A DNA stretch of 64,000 nt from Octopus vulgaris (lineage: Eukaryota): positions 107,322,001-107,386,000 of the forward strand of contig OX597823.1 of NCBI GenBank assembly GCA_951406725.2, given 5' to 3'. The notes beneath the pieces were generated by a model. It was not told the origin of the DNA, made no database searches, and saw only the letters and a list, made by a program, of their open reading frames with translations. Position 1 is the first letter of the stretch. Each line of letters begins with the position of its first letter. Both the position numbers and the translations under genes were made by a program. Shown in pieces: positions 1 to 14,879 of the stretch.

Positions 1-480
1 TTCATTTTACTACTGTTATTGCAGTGCATATCTTGCTCTAGATTAATAGAGTTAGCGTAAGATACCTTCACAGTGTGCCTATTACAAATAGCATGGTATC
101 TATTTGTTTAGGGAAACATTTGTCTAAAGCAGCAAAAAATTTCATTGCAATCTTGGTTGAAACATGTGAACCGAAGATTAGGTTGTATCAGAAGACATCA
201 TGATTCCTATATTTGTTGTCTGGCGTGTTTGTTCTAATATGTTGCATCCCTAGAGCTTTCGTGAAGTCATCAAGTAATTTCCTAATTTTCTGCTGATGTA
301 TATTGTATCTTCTACGGTATTTCCTGAATCTCGCGTTTTTAACTATACTTTCCCTTCAAATCTGGATTTAATACGTTTTTCGTTGTATTACGCCTTTGTT
401 TCTTTTTTCCATCTATTATTTTATCATTGATTTTCGATATAATTTAAGCTATACCGTTTAATTCGTTGCTTCTCTTTACG
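1..480 (-). mobile_element. Penelope-like retroelement fragment (RT-to-GIY-YIG linker region), decayed
   Basis: Minus-strand translation with one frameshift gives RNHDVF*YNLIFGSHVSTKIAMKFFAALDKCFPK..RYHAICNRHTVKVSYAN. This matches the typical PLE linker (RNIIWFNPPFS..V.TNIG..FL.LIDKHFP...LHKIFNRNTVKVSYS). The element runs off the window start. Confidence 0.7.
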
Positions 481-505
481 TAGAGAAGATACATTGCAGA
501 ATTGT

Positions 506-506
<1 letters not shown>

Positions 507-553
<47 letters not shown>
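507..553. repeat. (TA)n microsatellite
   Basis: Seen directly. Confidence 0.95.
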
Positions 554-965
<412 letters not shown>

Positions 966-1065
966 GGAGAGTTTACGAAAAAAACAAAAGACGAAGACAG
1001 GTGGTGTACAAAACAAACAGATGTATTAGTATAACGCTCAGGAATAGAAATATATATACATATAA

Positions 1066-1125
<60 letters not shown>

Positions 1126-1434
1126 GGATGAAATCGTTAAAAATTCTATCAGTGGCCACCTTATAAAATAGACCTATTAAGGTGAATTCATATATAGAGA
1201 CTATATAATAGCATGAAATACAGTTATAATTAACAGGATAGAAGAGATTATGCCAATGCTGAAAATAGACGCTAAATCGTTAAACCACTTTTATAGTACA
1301 CACGAGCTGAAATCGAGCGAGTGGGTACGATAAAAGTGATTATTTTAAGTGGTTTGACGATTTAGCGTCTATTTTCAGCATTGGCATGGTCTTTTTTATG
1401 CCCTAAATTATAATTCCTTTTTATACTATTATAA

Positions 1435-1506
<72 letters not shown>

Positions 1507-2224
1507 GCACACATATGTACATACATGCATACACATACGTATATACGTGCATGCACGCACACATACATACATGATTTACATACTGATGCATACACGCACA
1601 ACGCAAACTCATAAAATATATGCGAGAAGGACTCACCCCTTGGACAATTGTAATAAAAGACAAAACAAATTAAATTCATATCGTATTTTGATTTTCAATT
1701 CTTAACTTCAGTTCTTATTTTTTATAAGACCAACTTCTTAATTTTAGAATTAATTTTTAATATTAATATTCAATCCTTTGATTCATTTTCCATTTTTTAA
1801 ATCTTTAACTTTTAAGGTTTTTCGAAAAGCTTATATTTGCTTTTTAATTTTTAGGTAATTATTTTAACCTAAATACAACATCTCTTGATTTTAATTTCTA
1901 AGAAGCTGTGCAATCTATCCTTTAATTTTCTTTGTTTAATATTCCATGTATATCTATATATTATCTAAAGCAAGACATAATAGGATCTTTACCGAGATCT
2001 TAAAGAGGCTGAAAGAATTATTTTTCCTTGCGATCGAATACCAAAGGAAGATTTCTCTGCCCAACGGCAGTGCCCGTGTTTCCGTCTTTAGTCTTTTGTG
2101 TTTTTGCAGTTGACAGTTCCACGCGCATCCGACTTGGAACAGCTGAACACGCGCAGTGATCATCGAATTGTTGACTCGAAGATGTCCTGAATATAAGTCT
2201 CCATACCTCTGTGTGTGTGTGTGT

Positions 2225-2282
<58 letters not shown>

Positions 2283-3057
2283 ATGCGTGCGTGTGTATGT
2301 ATGTATGTATATATATTATTGCATATGTGCGAGATTTCTGTGTGCAAGTGTGTTGCTTTTATTGATGCGTGTATACACGTATGAAGTGCTCCACTTGTAT
2401 AGCATTGTGCGCATATACAACGTGCTCTGAATGTGTACCATTGTGCGTGTGTATGATGGCGCCTTCTTGTACAACAATGCATATATGCATATGTAGCATA
2501 TATCCATCGTAAATCAGTTATCTGATATTGCCACCTCATTACAGAAGTTTTTTTTCATAGTTAATGAGTAAATATTTAAGTATGTTAGAGAATAAATTAA
2601 TTAAAATATAAATAAAGTACTTATTATAATATAACCCAAGGATATAAGCAGTTTGGCTCTTGGAATCCTTACACTAGTCCCTAACTACAACAAACTCAAC
2701 ATCTCATTTCCTATACACACTTCCGCCTTCCTTTATTTTATGATCTCCAGAGGCCATGTATTTCCGGTTGTCTAGAAGTCTTTTCTGAAACAAATTTTCT
2801 TGATATGCTAATTGATTAATGAAGAAAGAAATTATCAAGCATTTTCTAAATATATACCTTATGGTGGCAGATTGAATGAGCTTATGCAATAACTAGTGGA
2901 TGGTTGGATGTCCATGTCGTTTCAAAAACACTAACCTCACTGAAAGTCGTTCCCAGTAAGAATTGATGTAAGATATCATTATCCTTTAACAAATCACAGT
3001 AAATAAATTTAGGTCTCGGTTGTTGTTACCGTTTGTTATAGCTGCAATATATACAGA

Positions 3058-3210
3058 CATGGTTGCGTAGTTAAGAAGTTAATTTCGTAACTACATCGTT
3101 TAGGCTTCGCTCCTACAATACGACATCTCAGACAGTTAACTCCTACAATTGCTTTTGGTTAACCAAATCCATGTGAGTGAAATTCAGTACAGAGAAATTG
3201 TATCGAAACC
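3058..3210 (+). mobile_element. degenerate SINE family C 5' part
   Basis: catggttgcgtagttaagaag...aaccaaatccatgtgagtgaaattcagtacagagaaattgtatcgaaacc aligns loosely to the family C copy at 57557. Confidence 0.55.
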
Positions 3211-6200
3211 TGGAGGGGGCCGTTCCAGTTCTTGGGACATGATTTTTGCCGTTCCCGTTCTGTTCTAAGCATTTCGGTGAGGTGTTTGGTTTGTGAATAA
3301 CTTCTTCGACCTTGTCTTGGAGGTTCCATAAATTGTCATGCGAGTACTGCCTTTCCCCTTGACTAGAAAATAAAAAATAAATAAACCTTCTTGCTTCTTA
3401 TGAAATAGTCTTTGTGCTCAGTAAAGGAATGCATTGCTGTTTTGTATTGTTAGTGGTTTAAAAGAACTTCGAAAAATTTAATCCTGTTTTGCCCGACATG
3501 CTAACGATTCTACCAGCTCGATATCCATACACTAATCTTATTTTCTTATCTGCTAATTTCATAAAGCTAGAGGTTATCAGAACACATTTTCACTTCATAG
3601 GGATATAAAATACACCCTAAAAAAAAGTACGTTATCACAGCTAGACAATATCACAAGAATACATTTGAGCTGATCATTTTGAGTCACAATATCATAGAAG
3701 GTTGATAACAGAGCTGATTGAGTGCGCTTTGGTAGGAATATCCAACATTCATTATATATCGTAGTGGATTGAAGAACACTGTGATATCCCGTCAGAATGA
3801 ATTCACGCAGCACGAGATCATAGGAAGCGAATACCACAGCTAGGGGTTGTAAAGAGAAATTGAAAACGGAAACGCTTGTCACTATTTTCAAATATCAATT
3901 TTTAAATATCTTTTGGGAAATTTGGAACAATTTTCCTAAAAGTTTAACTTTGACATTGAGAATGTTTACATATTGTTCATAATGTACATTGTCATTCTTT
4001 TAGTAATTTTTATAAGAAATTACTACTTTTTAATAAGTTATTTTTTTACTTTAAAATAAGGTCATGACTTTGAGGAAACACACGCGACTCATTCTTTTAT
4101 TAAAAACTTTAATCCGTCTTTCAAGCGGTAAAGCGAGAAGTCGCTTACACCAAATAAATAAACTAATTTCTGTAGGTGATCTTTTTTTTGATTAAAAATA
4201 GATCCTTTTTTTTTTTTTTTTGTCTCATTAAAAGAAAAAGAAGAATAATAAACAAAGCTTCTTGACCTAAAAAATAGGAAGAAAAAATGTTTAATGTCTG
4301 AAAACTTTAGCTCAAAAGTTATTGTTATCTTTAGCTTTTTTTATTCAATTCAATTTTGCCACATTTTTTTTTACTCTTATCTCTTCTGTCGTTATTTCTT
4401 TTATTTCTTTCAACGCATCTTTTAACCCGCTTTTTTTTTCTTTGCATCAGAGTTTTATTAATTTCTTTGAAATCAGCAATTGTTAAGTGTTCCCTTTTCC
4501 CATTTTTCTTTTCTTTTTTTTTAATTTCTCCCTTGATATTTCATACTGTGGTAGTGGGATAAATAAAATAATAGTAAAAATAACACTAACAATAGTGCGA
4601 AATCTAGAATTAAAATCAGTGAATGATACTTTCACGAGACTTTCTTACCGACAACCTTTAGTTATGTAAATACATAGAAAAACCATTAAAAAATATTTTT
4701 TTTATCCTCAAAATGAACTTAAAGGTTGCTACCATGCATTTTTCAAGATGGACGCCATGGCATTTTGCTGTTCTCCCTTCCTTGGTATTCTTTCGTTTTA
4801 AATCTTTATCATTATTCTTATCGTTGTTGTAGTTGTTGCTATTCTTATTGCTATTAGTATTTTATGAGACACACATACACATACATCCACTCATACATAC
4901 ATACATACATACATACATACATACATACATACATACATACATACACTTATATACACACGCATATATTGTTTCTTTTCATTATAATTTTTTCTCTTCTTTT
5001 CTCCTTGTTATTGTGTTAGTAGTTGTTGTTGTTTTATTTTTATCTTGCTGTTAATAAAAGGTTGCTAGTGGAATTTGATATTTTTACCCGTATTTCCACT
5101 TGTCATGATTAACAAGCTATTCAATGCCTGAACTTAAAATGACCCATATTTTGAATCTCCGGCTGGTTTAAGTTAATAGATCCTTTGGGTGTTCTAAGAG
5201 ACCAACAAATCCCACCCCTCATCCCACTGGTCCTCTGGAATAATTGGGTTAAATTTCTTATTTTTTTATTCCACTATGTAGTCTATATATTTTTGTGTTT
5301 TATTTCGTCTTTATGTTCTTTTCTTCTTTCTTTATTCAAATATATACAATCGTACGTACATACGTACATACATACTTATTCTCCTTCTTTCTCTCAAAAC
5401 CAATGAAATTCACACGCGCACGCAAATACATACACATACATGCTACAGCAAAACTCTCATAGGCATTTACATACACACATACATATGCACACACAGAGAC
5501 TCCATACGCATAAGTCGCAGTGGTGCCTGCAAACGTCTATTTACCTATCTTTCAAACTATCTGTTTTCTTTTACATTCCCCCACCTACCCTATCATCATC
5601 ATCATCATCATCATCATTTTTTTCTTCACATAGAACCTTTTATCTCATTTTCTTTCTCTCCCCTTCACTATTTCATATTTGCCCCTAGAAAACCATACAT
5701 ACATACGCACTCACACGCACACACGTATATACATACATATATGCATACATGTACTCACGTGTACTCACACAGTCAGGTGTATATTCCACTAGGTACGTTT
5801 CTATGTGTGTGAGCGCGCATGTGTGTGAGTGTGTTCGTGTTAGTAAGCATGATTATGCTTATATATATGCATGTATGTAATTGAGGTGATGGGAAGGGGA
5901 AAAGGAGACGAAGGGTATAAAGGTAGATAAATTTATATCCAATCTAGGTCAGTAAAGACGAATAAGCGATTAAAAATATGTTGGTATTTATTTTAGTTTA
6001 CATTTTTTTTTTTTGTTTCGTATTTAGCTTTTCAAAAGTATCTGAGGCAGGGGAGTTAGGAAGAGTCGAACAGCATTTAAAGCCAAAAATATTTATAGAC
6101 AAGTCAACTTTGACGTTTTAATAGTTCAGCGAAAATTGGTAAAATAGGTTTTTTTTCCCAAATATTTACGAACGCATCATTAAGATAGTATAATAATAAA

Positions 6201-6404
6201 TTTTGTTCTGTTTTGCTACTCTTTTTTTATCTGTCATGTCATCCCTTAAGGTCCGAGCGCATAAAGCGATAGTAGTAAGGTAGGTAATCTAGTTGCGATC
6301 AGAGTGAACAATTCTGGTTCGATTCATCGTGAAGATTATCATATGTATTAGTCCTTGATGGAACGATTTCTATATAACCTCTCTTGAATTTCTATACACG
6401 AAAT

Positions 6405-7085
6405 GTCGCAGATGTACTACATGACGTACCCTTGACGCACTATATGTACTCACGCACTATGTGAGGTACACAACAAAATTTGTCCTGTATAGAACACTAT
6501 ATGCTACGTTCAGTGGCGGACTGAGGTCTAAAAATATTGGTTGCCAGGAGACTAAGGGGACCCACCGGCAACTACAATGCTATCAGTTTTTTTGTTTTTT
6601 AAAGTATTCTTTTCAACTGTCAACAAATACATCCAGGCTGAAATAATGCACTCTTTCAGGAGTGAAAGAAATTCTCAAACTTGAGGGGATGGGCCCCTTA
6701 GATACTAACATGGGCCCCCATATATGGATTCTAATGGCTCAGGGGCCCACTTGCCATCGGGCAAGCTGGCAACCTGGCCAGTCTGTCACTAGCTACGCCT
6801 TAGACGCAACATGACTTGTCCAAGACACAACGCTGTGTGAGATATGACATATCCCATATCATAACATATACCAGACACATTACTTGGCTTTACCTAGACA
6901 CTATAAGACATCTCCAAGGTATCTAATCACACGGCTTAAGTCCCCCTTGACATATAATACAAAATTAATCATACTACATAGTTTCTCATAGACATAATAT
7001 ATGGCATTTAGACACACTACATTATTTCTACTATATGACAAGTCTTAGATACAATCCTACATAGCTTTTGTTCTAGACACACTAA
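6405..7085. repeat. degenerate ~24-bp minisatellite (TAGACACACTA(T/C)ATGAC-like unit)
   Basis: Recurrent agacacacta/agacact/gacgcacta motifs, interrupted by a hAT MITE. Confidence 0.55.
6511..6791. mobile_element. hAT-type MITE
   Basis: Imperfect TIRs CAGTGGCGGACTG / CAGTCTGTCACTA. Flanks gctacgtt (6503-6510) and gctacgcc (6792-6799) form an 8-bp TSD-like pair (6/8 identical). Subterminal GGGCCCC motifs are present. Confidence 0.75.
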
Positions 7086-7089
7086 ATGA

Positions 7090-8910
7090 CACCTCCGATT
7101 ACTTGTCCTTGACAGCGTAATTTAAGGGAACGAAAACTTGAGTACCAATTTGAACAACTAAAAAATGATATTGGAAGGATACATGTAATCACAATAAGAA
7201 AGACAGTGTGGGAAAAACTTAGGAACGAACTGCAAAGGAAGTACAACATAAGACACAAAGGACTGCAGGTTGTTAAAGGTGAACTAAGACAAAAAAAGTC
7301 AAAGCAATACCAGATAAAAAAACAAAAAAACATACGAACAGAGAACAAATCAGTAGTAGCAGAATAGACTCTTCAACAACAACAAAAGAAACTTCTATAA
7401 ACAATTGAACAATGAAGAGGAGAATCAAGAGAATTATATGTCAGATACTGAAGCAGTAAGAAAATTGTTGGCAGAAATTGGTAGCAAAGACGTCCAACAT
7501 AATATAAAAGCAGAGGGGTTGCGGAAATTTAAAGAAGTAATGGAAGATGGATTGACACAAGAAAATATAAAAATTACAGTAAAGAATGTAAAAGAGATGA
7601 TAAAAAAACACCAAACTAGAAAGCCCCTGGACCAGTATTCAGGGATTCTGGCTCAAAAACCTCCCAAGAATACACAATTATCACAATGATATACGACCGT
7701 TTTTTACTGACTGCATAGAAAATGGAACGCCGGTATGTATGTCACTAACAAGGACAGTTCTGATTGAGGATAACGAAACGAGAGGGGAAGTTAGCAATTA
7801 TAGACTTATTAACTGGCCTCATGGCACATGGAGTGTATAATTTTCTGTAAAAGGAAAACTTATTGTTAGAGAAGCAAAAGAATCTAGAAAAACCAAGGGG
7901 TCTGATGATCTACAATATAAAGATAGTCGGATATTAAATAAGATGCGAGTAAGAAAGAAGAATTTTGTTGTTGGTTGGATAGATTTCGCACAGCTGGCTT
8001 TTGGAATGCCTGAGGGCGACGCTCGGAGTCAAGAAGATAAACAGCTTTTGAGGAGAATCAGTGAGAGTATGGGAAGATGAACGGGCGTGTGTAAATTAAT
8101 CGCCGGGAAACGTGAAAATACGCAGAGGTAATTTCCAGAGAGACTCGCTTTCTCCGCTACTTTTGGTCATTGCGTTAATCCCTCTGAGAAATGTCCTGAG
8201 AAAATCCAGGCCTGCCAAAACCAATGTGAAAATATATCACATATTTCATATGGATAACCTCAAGCTATATATACATAAAAAATAGAAAGACCTTGATTTT
8301 TTAATCTGAAGAGTCAGAGCATTCAATAAAGATATTGGAATGTAGTTTTGGGGAAATTAATACTCAGTGCATGTTATAAAGAAAAACTGGAAGATAAACT
8401 CTGATGGCATACAATTACCTCAAGACAACATCATTAGATCGTTGTGAAATAATGAGAGATACAGATACCAGGAGTGCTGCAGGTCGATAGGATAATGAAA
8501 AGAGAAATGAAAGAGAGAATTTCTAAGTAATACAAAAGGAGAATTTTGTGGTCGAAACAAAATTAAATGGAGACAGTATCATTAAAGTAATAAATACTTG
8601 GGTTATTCTAGTATCAAGATACTCAATGCCCTTTCTGAAATGGACTAGGAGCGAGTTACAAAACTTACCTTGGACTACAAACCTGCTTACAATGCCCAAC
8701 GTGCATCACGCTAAAAGTAATACCGACAGACTCTGCCTGCCAAGTAGTGAATGAGGCAGAGGATTACTAAATGCAGAAGACACCGTTAGCACCACGATAC
8801 TGGAAAATTGTTAAGCAGAGTAAAGAAAGAATATTACCGGCAGCTCGTGAAGCACAAAAGGTGACTGTTACAGAAGAATTCGAAGAAAGGCGGAAACACA
8901 ATAGAACAGG
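7090..8910 (+). mobile_element. Dong/R4-clade non-LTR retrotransposon, decayed RT region
   Basis: Frameshifted motifs in the expected order: FQRDSLSPLLLVIALIPL (QGDSLSP), HIFHMDNLKLY (YMDDLKL), YRY-GVLQ, KLNG..IKVINTWVILVSRYS, H(H)AKSNTDRLCLP..E*GRGL. Confidence 0.85.
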
Positions 8911-9224
8911 CAAATATATCATTATGGCTGTAAGTTATTTTTTTAACTTTGCAATGAAATTGAAACTAATCATGTAAATAAAAACATGTAAATTCCCTAT
9001 ATCGTTTTGTGTATAGTAACTGGATATACAGTATCGTAATTATGATAAAATATTGCCTAATAAGGAATGATATGCATATTAATTATTCTATACATTGTTA
9101 TTGTATATTTTTCTATCATTTATTGCACGAGCAACAATAAGATTTATATCCAATAAAAATGCAAATCATCCTTTCTTTCTTAAATGACTCCTTTTCATTT
9201 TTTCGTTGCATGGAATTTCTCGCT

Positions 9225-10067
<843 letters not shown>

Positions 10068-10069
<2 letters not shown>

Positions 10070-10222
10070 TTTTTTTAAATTTATGTATTAGACATTCACT
10101 AGTACAACACCAAAAAAGAGCCCCAAATATATGGCACACTAGGCATAACAACAACGTGAACTTCCAACCTGTTGTTTCTTGAGGTCTCTGGGTGAGACTT
10201 GGTTCCAACTTGTACAGACATA
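10068..10222 (+). mobile_element. Dong/R4 LINE 3' UTR fragment between (TAA)n tracts
   Basis: Homologous to the 3' UTR that follows the REL-domain ORF at 31037-31150 on the minus strand (caaatatatg.cac...aggcataaca.caac.tgaacttc.aac.tgtt...cttgaggtctctg...aaagcaaaa...aaacat). Confidence 0.8.
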
Positions 10223-10242
10223 AAGCAAAAATCAAACATAGG

Positions 10243-10368
<126 letters not shown>

Positions 10369-10891
10369 GGACTGGATGCTACTTCGAGGACTAGATGCTG
10401 CGGAGGATTGGATGCTGCGGCTTGTGTGCAAACACGAAAGCAGCAAAAAATCACATTCTATTGTCAAAGAGGCTTACAAATTCGCAAGGGAGCTTGGCAT
10501 TAACCCTAAATTAAATGAAAAACTTGAAACCACTGCCACCAAACAAGCAAAATGGATCAAACAGACTTCAAAAAAGAACGGGTAGAAACAAATTGGGGAG
10601 CGGTGGAGCCAGTAGCCTCTGCATGAACAGTTTATACACCGAAGCCGAAATGCTGATGTAGACCAAGCAACAACCCATCAGTGGTTGAGAAGCTCAGGAC
10701 TGAAAGCAGACACTGAATGTTTCATATCAGCGACACAAGACCAAATCTTGCTTACCAAAAACTACCAGGCTAACGTTCTTTAATTGGGTTGTGACCCTAA
10801 TTACATATTCTGCGATACATTTCATGAAACAATAGACCATCTCGTCTCGGGATGTCCTGTGCTGACACCAGACGAATACAAAAGTCACCAT
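10369..10891 (+). mobile_element. Dong/R4 LINE fragment with CCHC zinc knuckle
   Basis: Translates as PLH..F....VDQATTHQWLRSSGLKADTECFISATQDQ.L.TKNY...IFCDTFHETIDHLVSGCPVLTPDEYKSHH. Confidence 0.88.
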
Positions 10892-10990
10892 GAAGAAGAA
10901 GAAGAAGAAGAAGAAGAAGAAGAAGAAGAAGAAGAAGAAGAAGAAGAAGAAGAAGAAGAAGAAGAAGAAGAAGAAGAAGAAGAAGAAGAA
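10892..10990. repeat. (GAA)n microsatellite, ~33 units
   Basis: Seen directly. Confidence 0.97.
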
Positions 10991-11104
10991 AACCTGTTTC
11001 TCGAAGAGCAGAATGTATGCTGCAAGGGCTCATGCGGCTGTAAAGATCAATAAAGCCATAACTATTGTTATTCCATGGTGTTGGCATAGCTTCCAGCGTG
11101 TAAA

Positions 11105-11401
11105 ATTTGAAATCGGAAGAAAGGATTTGGTGCATGAGAACAGTAAAGGTCGTGGCTATAATAATTGGTGCGTTAGGAACAGTGAGCCAAGATATAGATA
11201 AATGGCTGAAGGAGATTGAAATAGATTGCTCGGTAGAGCTCCTACAGAAAGTTTGCCTCTTGGGGAGAGCAAGGGCTATCAGGAAGATGCTAAGCACTTG
11301 AAAGACTTCCGAAAACATGTGGATACCTAAGGCTACAGGTAGTAACCCGCTACCCACATAAATCCTACCAGGAATAAGACCAAACCTGAGCTTTGTTTCA
11401 A
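11105..11401 (+). mobile_element. Dong/R4 LINE C-terminus and 3' UTR (second subfamily)
   Basis: Translates as RIWCMRTVKVVAIIIGALGTVSQDIDKWLKEIEIDCSVELLQKVCLLGRARAIRKMLST*, followed by a short UTR and (TAA)n. Confidence 0.85.
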
Positions 11402-11406
11402 TAATG

Positions 11407-11467
<61 letters not shown>

Positions 11468-11468
11468 T

Positions 11469-11543
<75 letters not shown>

Positions 11544-11598
11544 GATAATAATAATAATAATCATAATAATAATAATAACGACAATAATAACGATAATG

Positions 11599-11661
<63 letters not shown>

Positions 11662-11673
11662 GTAATAATAATA
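11402..11673. repeat. (TAA)n/(CAA)n microsatellite
   Basis: Seen directly. Confidence 0.95.
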
Positions 11674-12440
11674 ATCCTTTCTACAAAAGGCACAAGACCT
11701 AGAATTTTGTGGGAGACCAGTTGATTACATCGACCCCAGTGTTTCATTTACTTAATTCATCGACCCCGAAAGGATGAAAGGCAAAGTCGACCTCGACAGA
11801 ATTTGAACTCAGAACTTAGCGACGGGCAAAATACCGCTATGCATCGCGATGCATTTCGTCCAGCGTGCTAACGCAACTGCCACATCGTCGCTTTATAAGA
11901 CATATTTATCGACAATGAAAGTATGAAACGCAAAGTCGACCCTGGTGGCATTTGAACTCAGAACATGAAGACAGGCGAAAATACCGCTATTTCACCCGGC
12001 GTGTTAACGATTCTTTTCTACTATAGGCACAAGCCTGAAGTTTTGGGGGAAGGGGCCAGTCGATTATATCACCCCAGTACGCAACTGGTACTTAATTTAT
12101 CGACCATGAAAGGATGAAAAGCAAAGTCGACCTCGGCGGAATTTGAGCTCAGAAGATAAAGACAGACAAAATACTGCTAAACATTTCGCCCGGCGTGCTA
12201 AAGATTCTTATTTCTTTATTGCCCACAAGGGGCTAAGCATAGAGGGGACAATCAAGGATAGACAAAGGGATTAAGTGAATTACATCTACCTCAGTGCGTA
12301 ACTGGTACTTAATTTATCGACCCCGAAAGGATGAAAGGCAAAGTCGACCTCGGTGGAATTTGAACTCAGAACGTAACGGCAGGCGAAATACGGCTAGGCA
12401 TTTCGCCCGGCGTGCTTAAGATTCTGCCAGCTCAACGCCT
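11674..12440 (-). mobile_element. head-to-tail array of four tRNA-derived SINE family B copies
   Basis: The unit gagctggcagaatcgttagcacgccgggcgaaat...GAGTTCAAATTCcgccgaggtcgactttgcctttcatcctttcggggtcgataaa repeats four times on the minus strand. Confidence 0.92.
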
Positions 12441-13047
12441 TCTTATTTCATATTTTGTTTTATTTAAGAACCTTTCCTTCTACATATCTTGAAATATATG
12501 AATAAAAGCCTATGATATTGCTGTTCTTTAAAATTCAGTAGGAAATTTGATACTTCAGCAACGGCAGTAATACAGGAGAATGGAAGCTAAGCGGTGTGTG
12601 GTGATTCAAATGTAATTTTTTTTAATGAATAAATGAACAAATAAATACACGTTTTAATGAACTAATTAAGGAAGAGACTAAAGGTTAATGGCTGCCAGGG
12701 AAGACAGAAGGGGGGAAATAATTTTTTGTATTAATAATTTTTCTATTAATTAGGTTCTCTTTCTTGAAATGGAAAAGAATGTCAAAGACAGAAATTATGA
12801 TGGGAAGGAGGAGGGAAGAAATTAGAATGTTACTTACAATGGTGATCGTGATGGTAGTAGTGGTAGTGGTTAGAGCGGTGGTGGCTGTTGTGGCGGTGGT
12901 GGTGCGGTGGTAGTGGTGGTGATGGTGATGGTTGTGGTGATGTAGTGGTTGTAGTGATGGTTATTGTGATCATGGTAAATATTCTGGAAATTATGAACGT
13001 TATGTTCATCTTGATGATTTCGAAAATTTATGTTGCTAATAATGATG

Positions 13048-13114
<67 letters not shown>

Positions 13115-13571
13115 TAGATGTTAGTGCTGAACGTAACCCAATTTTTCGAATAAATTCTGAGTAACATCATGACCTAGACTCATATTGCAGTCATGACTAC
13201 TGTGCGTAATTAAATCATTTATCACGATGTAATCTATCTGTATGCTAAACTACGGTTCACTTGTTATTGTTGTTGTTTTGACCCAATTTTGATCGAACAG
13301 TTCTTTGATCAAAAGCTTACCAGCTCTATCTATTTGTTTTTGTTTGTTTGTTTTTTCCTCTATGAAAGAAACTCAAGACAGCATAATCCAACGTGACGGT
13401 AAGCTGTGGGTTGAGTTATCACAGGAAAGTTCTCTACTAGATCAGTATAATTATATTAAATGTATATTCAATATGACACCTTTGTGTCATATATTGCTGT
13501 GTGTTGTCACAGGAAACTCATTCAGAGACATATATTAATGGTAGACTATGTGTCCCAGAATATATTTTGAC

Positions 13572-14492
13572 TACGAACAAATCGGAAGTATTGCATAAGT
13601 GGCATAACTCTTTTATTAAATGACATATATATTTCAAATTAGACATGTCGGTGGAGTACCTGTCCCTCTATAGCATCTTCTTTTCCAGTTCTTTAAAGTA
13701 GACAAATGATTCGTTTTAAACAGAATCAATGTGCCGTCACTGAGGTTTTGGCAAAGGAGTGATGCAGGCTGTCCGACATCCACAAAATGCCACAAGTTGC
13801 TTACAAAAGTGATACGATTGACAAGATGAATGGCTACAACATTTCACAGATGACGTTTAAAGAAAAGGCAAATTTCGACAAACCGAACTGAGAGACCATT
13901 AACTGCCGATACTGACACGCATCACCAGCGAGTGGATGAGCTGATCTGCGCGGACAGACGAGTCACGATACGTAACAGAAAATGATGGAAAATTTTGGGT
14001 GTCGAAAAGTGTGTGTAAAGTAGGTACCTCGGTCGTCAACAATTCATCTGAAAGAGAAACGGGTGGAAGTCTGCTCTGATCAATTGGAAGCGCTTGAAGA
14101 CAATGAAGACACGACTTTTTTTTTACGATTTGGTGACAGGGTATGAAATGTGAATGTATCTTTATAGTCCGAAAAGAAAGCTTAGTCCATGGAATGGTAT
14201 CTGAAAATTCTCCAACTTCACCATAGCAATGCTTTGAACAATGGTTTGATGCCATAGACAAGGTGAAAGTGGTTGTGAAGAAATGCGTGCAACAGTGCAC
14301 ACCTGTATTTTTGAAAGAGGATTCAAGCGTTGGGTTCTGATATACCGAAAATGCATTGTTTGTGATGAAGTCTACGATGAATAGTACATTTGCACACAGA
14401 AATGTTACTCTACTAACATGCGCATTAGGAGCAACCTATATTAGTTAATAAAAGTTATACCCACTTTAGCATTATTTTCTATACAACCCGCA
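13572..14492 (+). mobile_element. mariner transposon, internally deleted and decayed
   Basis: Translated segments VDELICADRRVTIR, RKVCVK*VPR (WVPREL), LVTGYEM*MYLYSP..SMEW (VTGDETW) and C-terminal FERGFKRWVLIYRKCIVCDEVYDE*. Imperfect TIRs aagtggcataactcttttatta / taataaaagttatacccactt. Confidence 0.85.
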
Positions 14493-14557
14493 ATATTAGT
14501 ATAGGCTGATCCTTATTTAACATAATTAATAGACAATGATAGAATTCATTACCATTA

Positions 14558-14786
14558 CAGTTGTGGCCAAAGGTTTGGAACATAGGTCTGAATATAAAAA
14601 TTTCTATAATAAATGCCCAAAGTTATAGCTAATTTGCAACATACTACTTGGCCAAAAGTGTGGAACATAGGTCTGAATTTTAGAATTTTTATATTAAATG
14701 CCCAAAGGTAGATTTGAATCGAATTGTACTTGGGTATAACAATTTCAATGTTTTAAAAAATGTTCGATACTTTTGGCCATACTCTG
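14558..14786. mobile_element. Tc1-like MITE with duplicated left end
   Basis: TIRs TA-CAGTTGTGGCCAAAGGTTTGGAACA / TGTTCGATACTTTTGGCCATACTCTG. About 60 bp of the left end recurs at ~14648-14708. Confidence 0.7.
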
Positions 14787-14879
14787 TGTCTCTCTTTATA
14801 ATGTTGTACGATCATAATACTCGTAGTAGTTGCCGAGTATAATAATTCCACTTGCTCGAGATATTTACTTACTGTGGGT

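Noticed and set aside
10797-11747. 316-aa minus-strand ORF
   Set aside because: It is an antisense read-through of (TAA)n, (GAA)n and Dong fragments.
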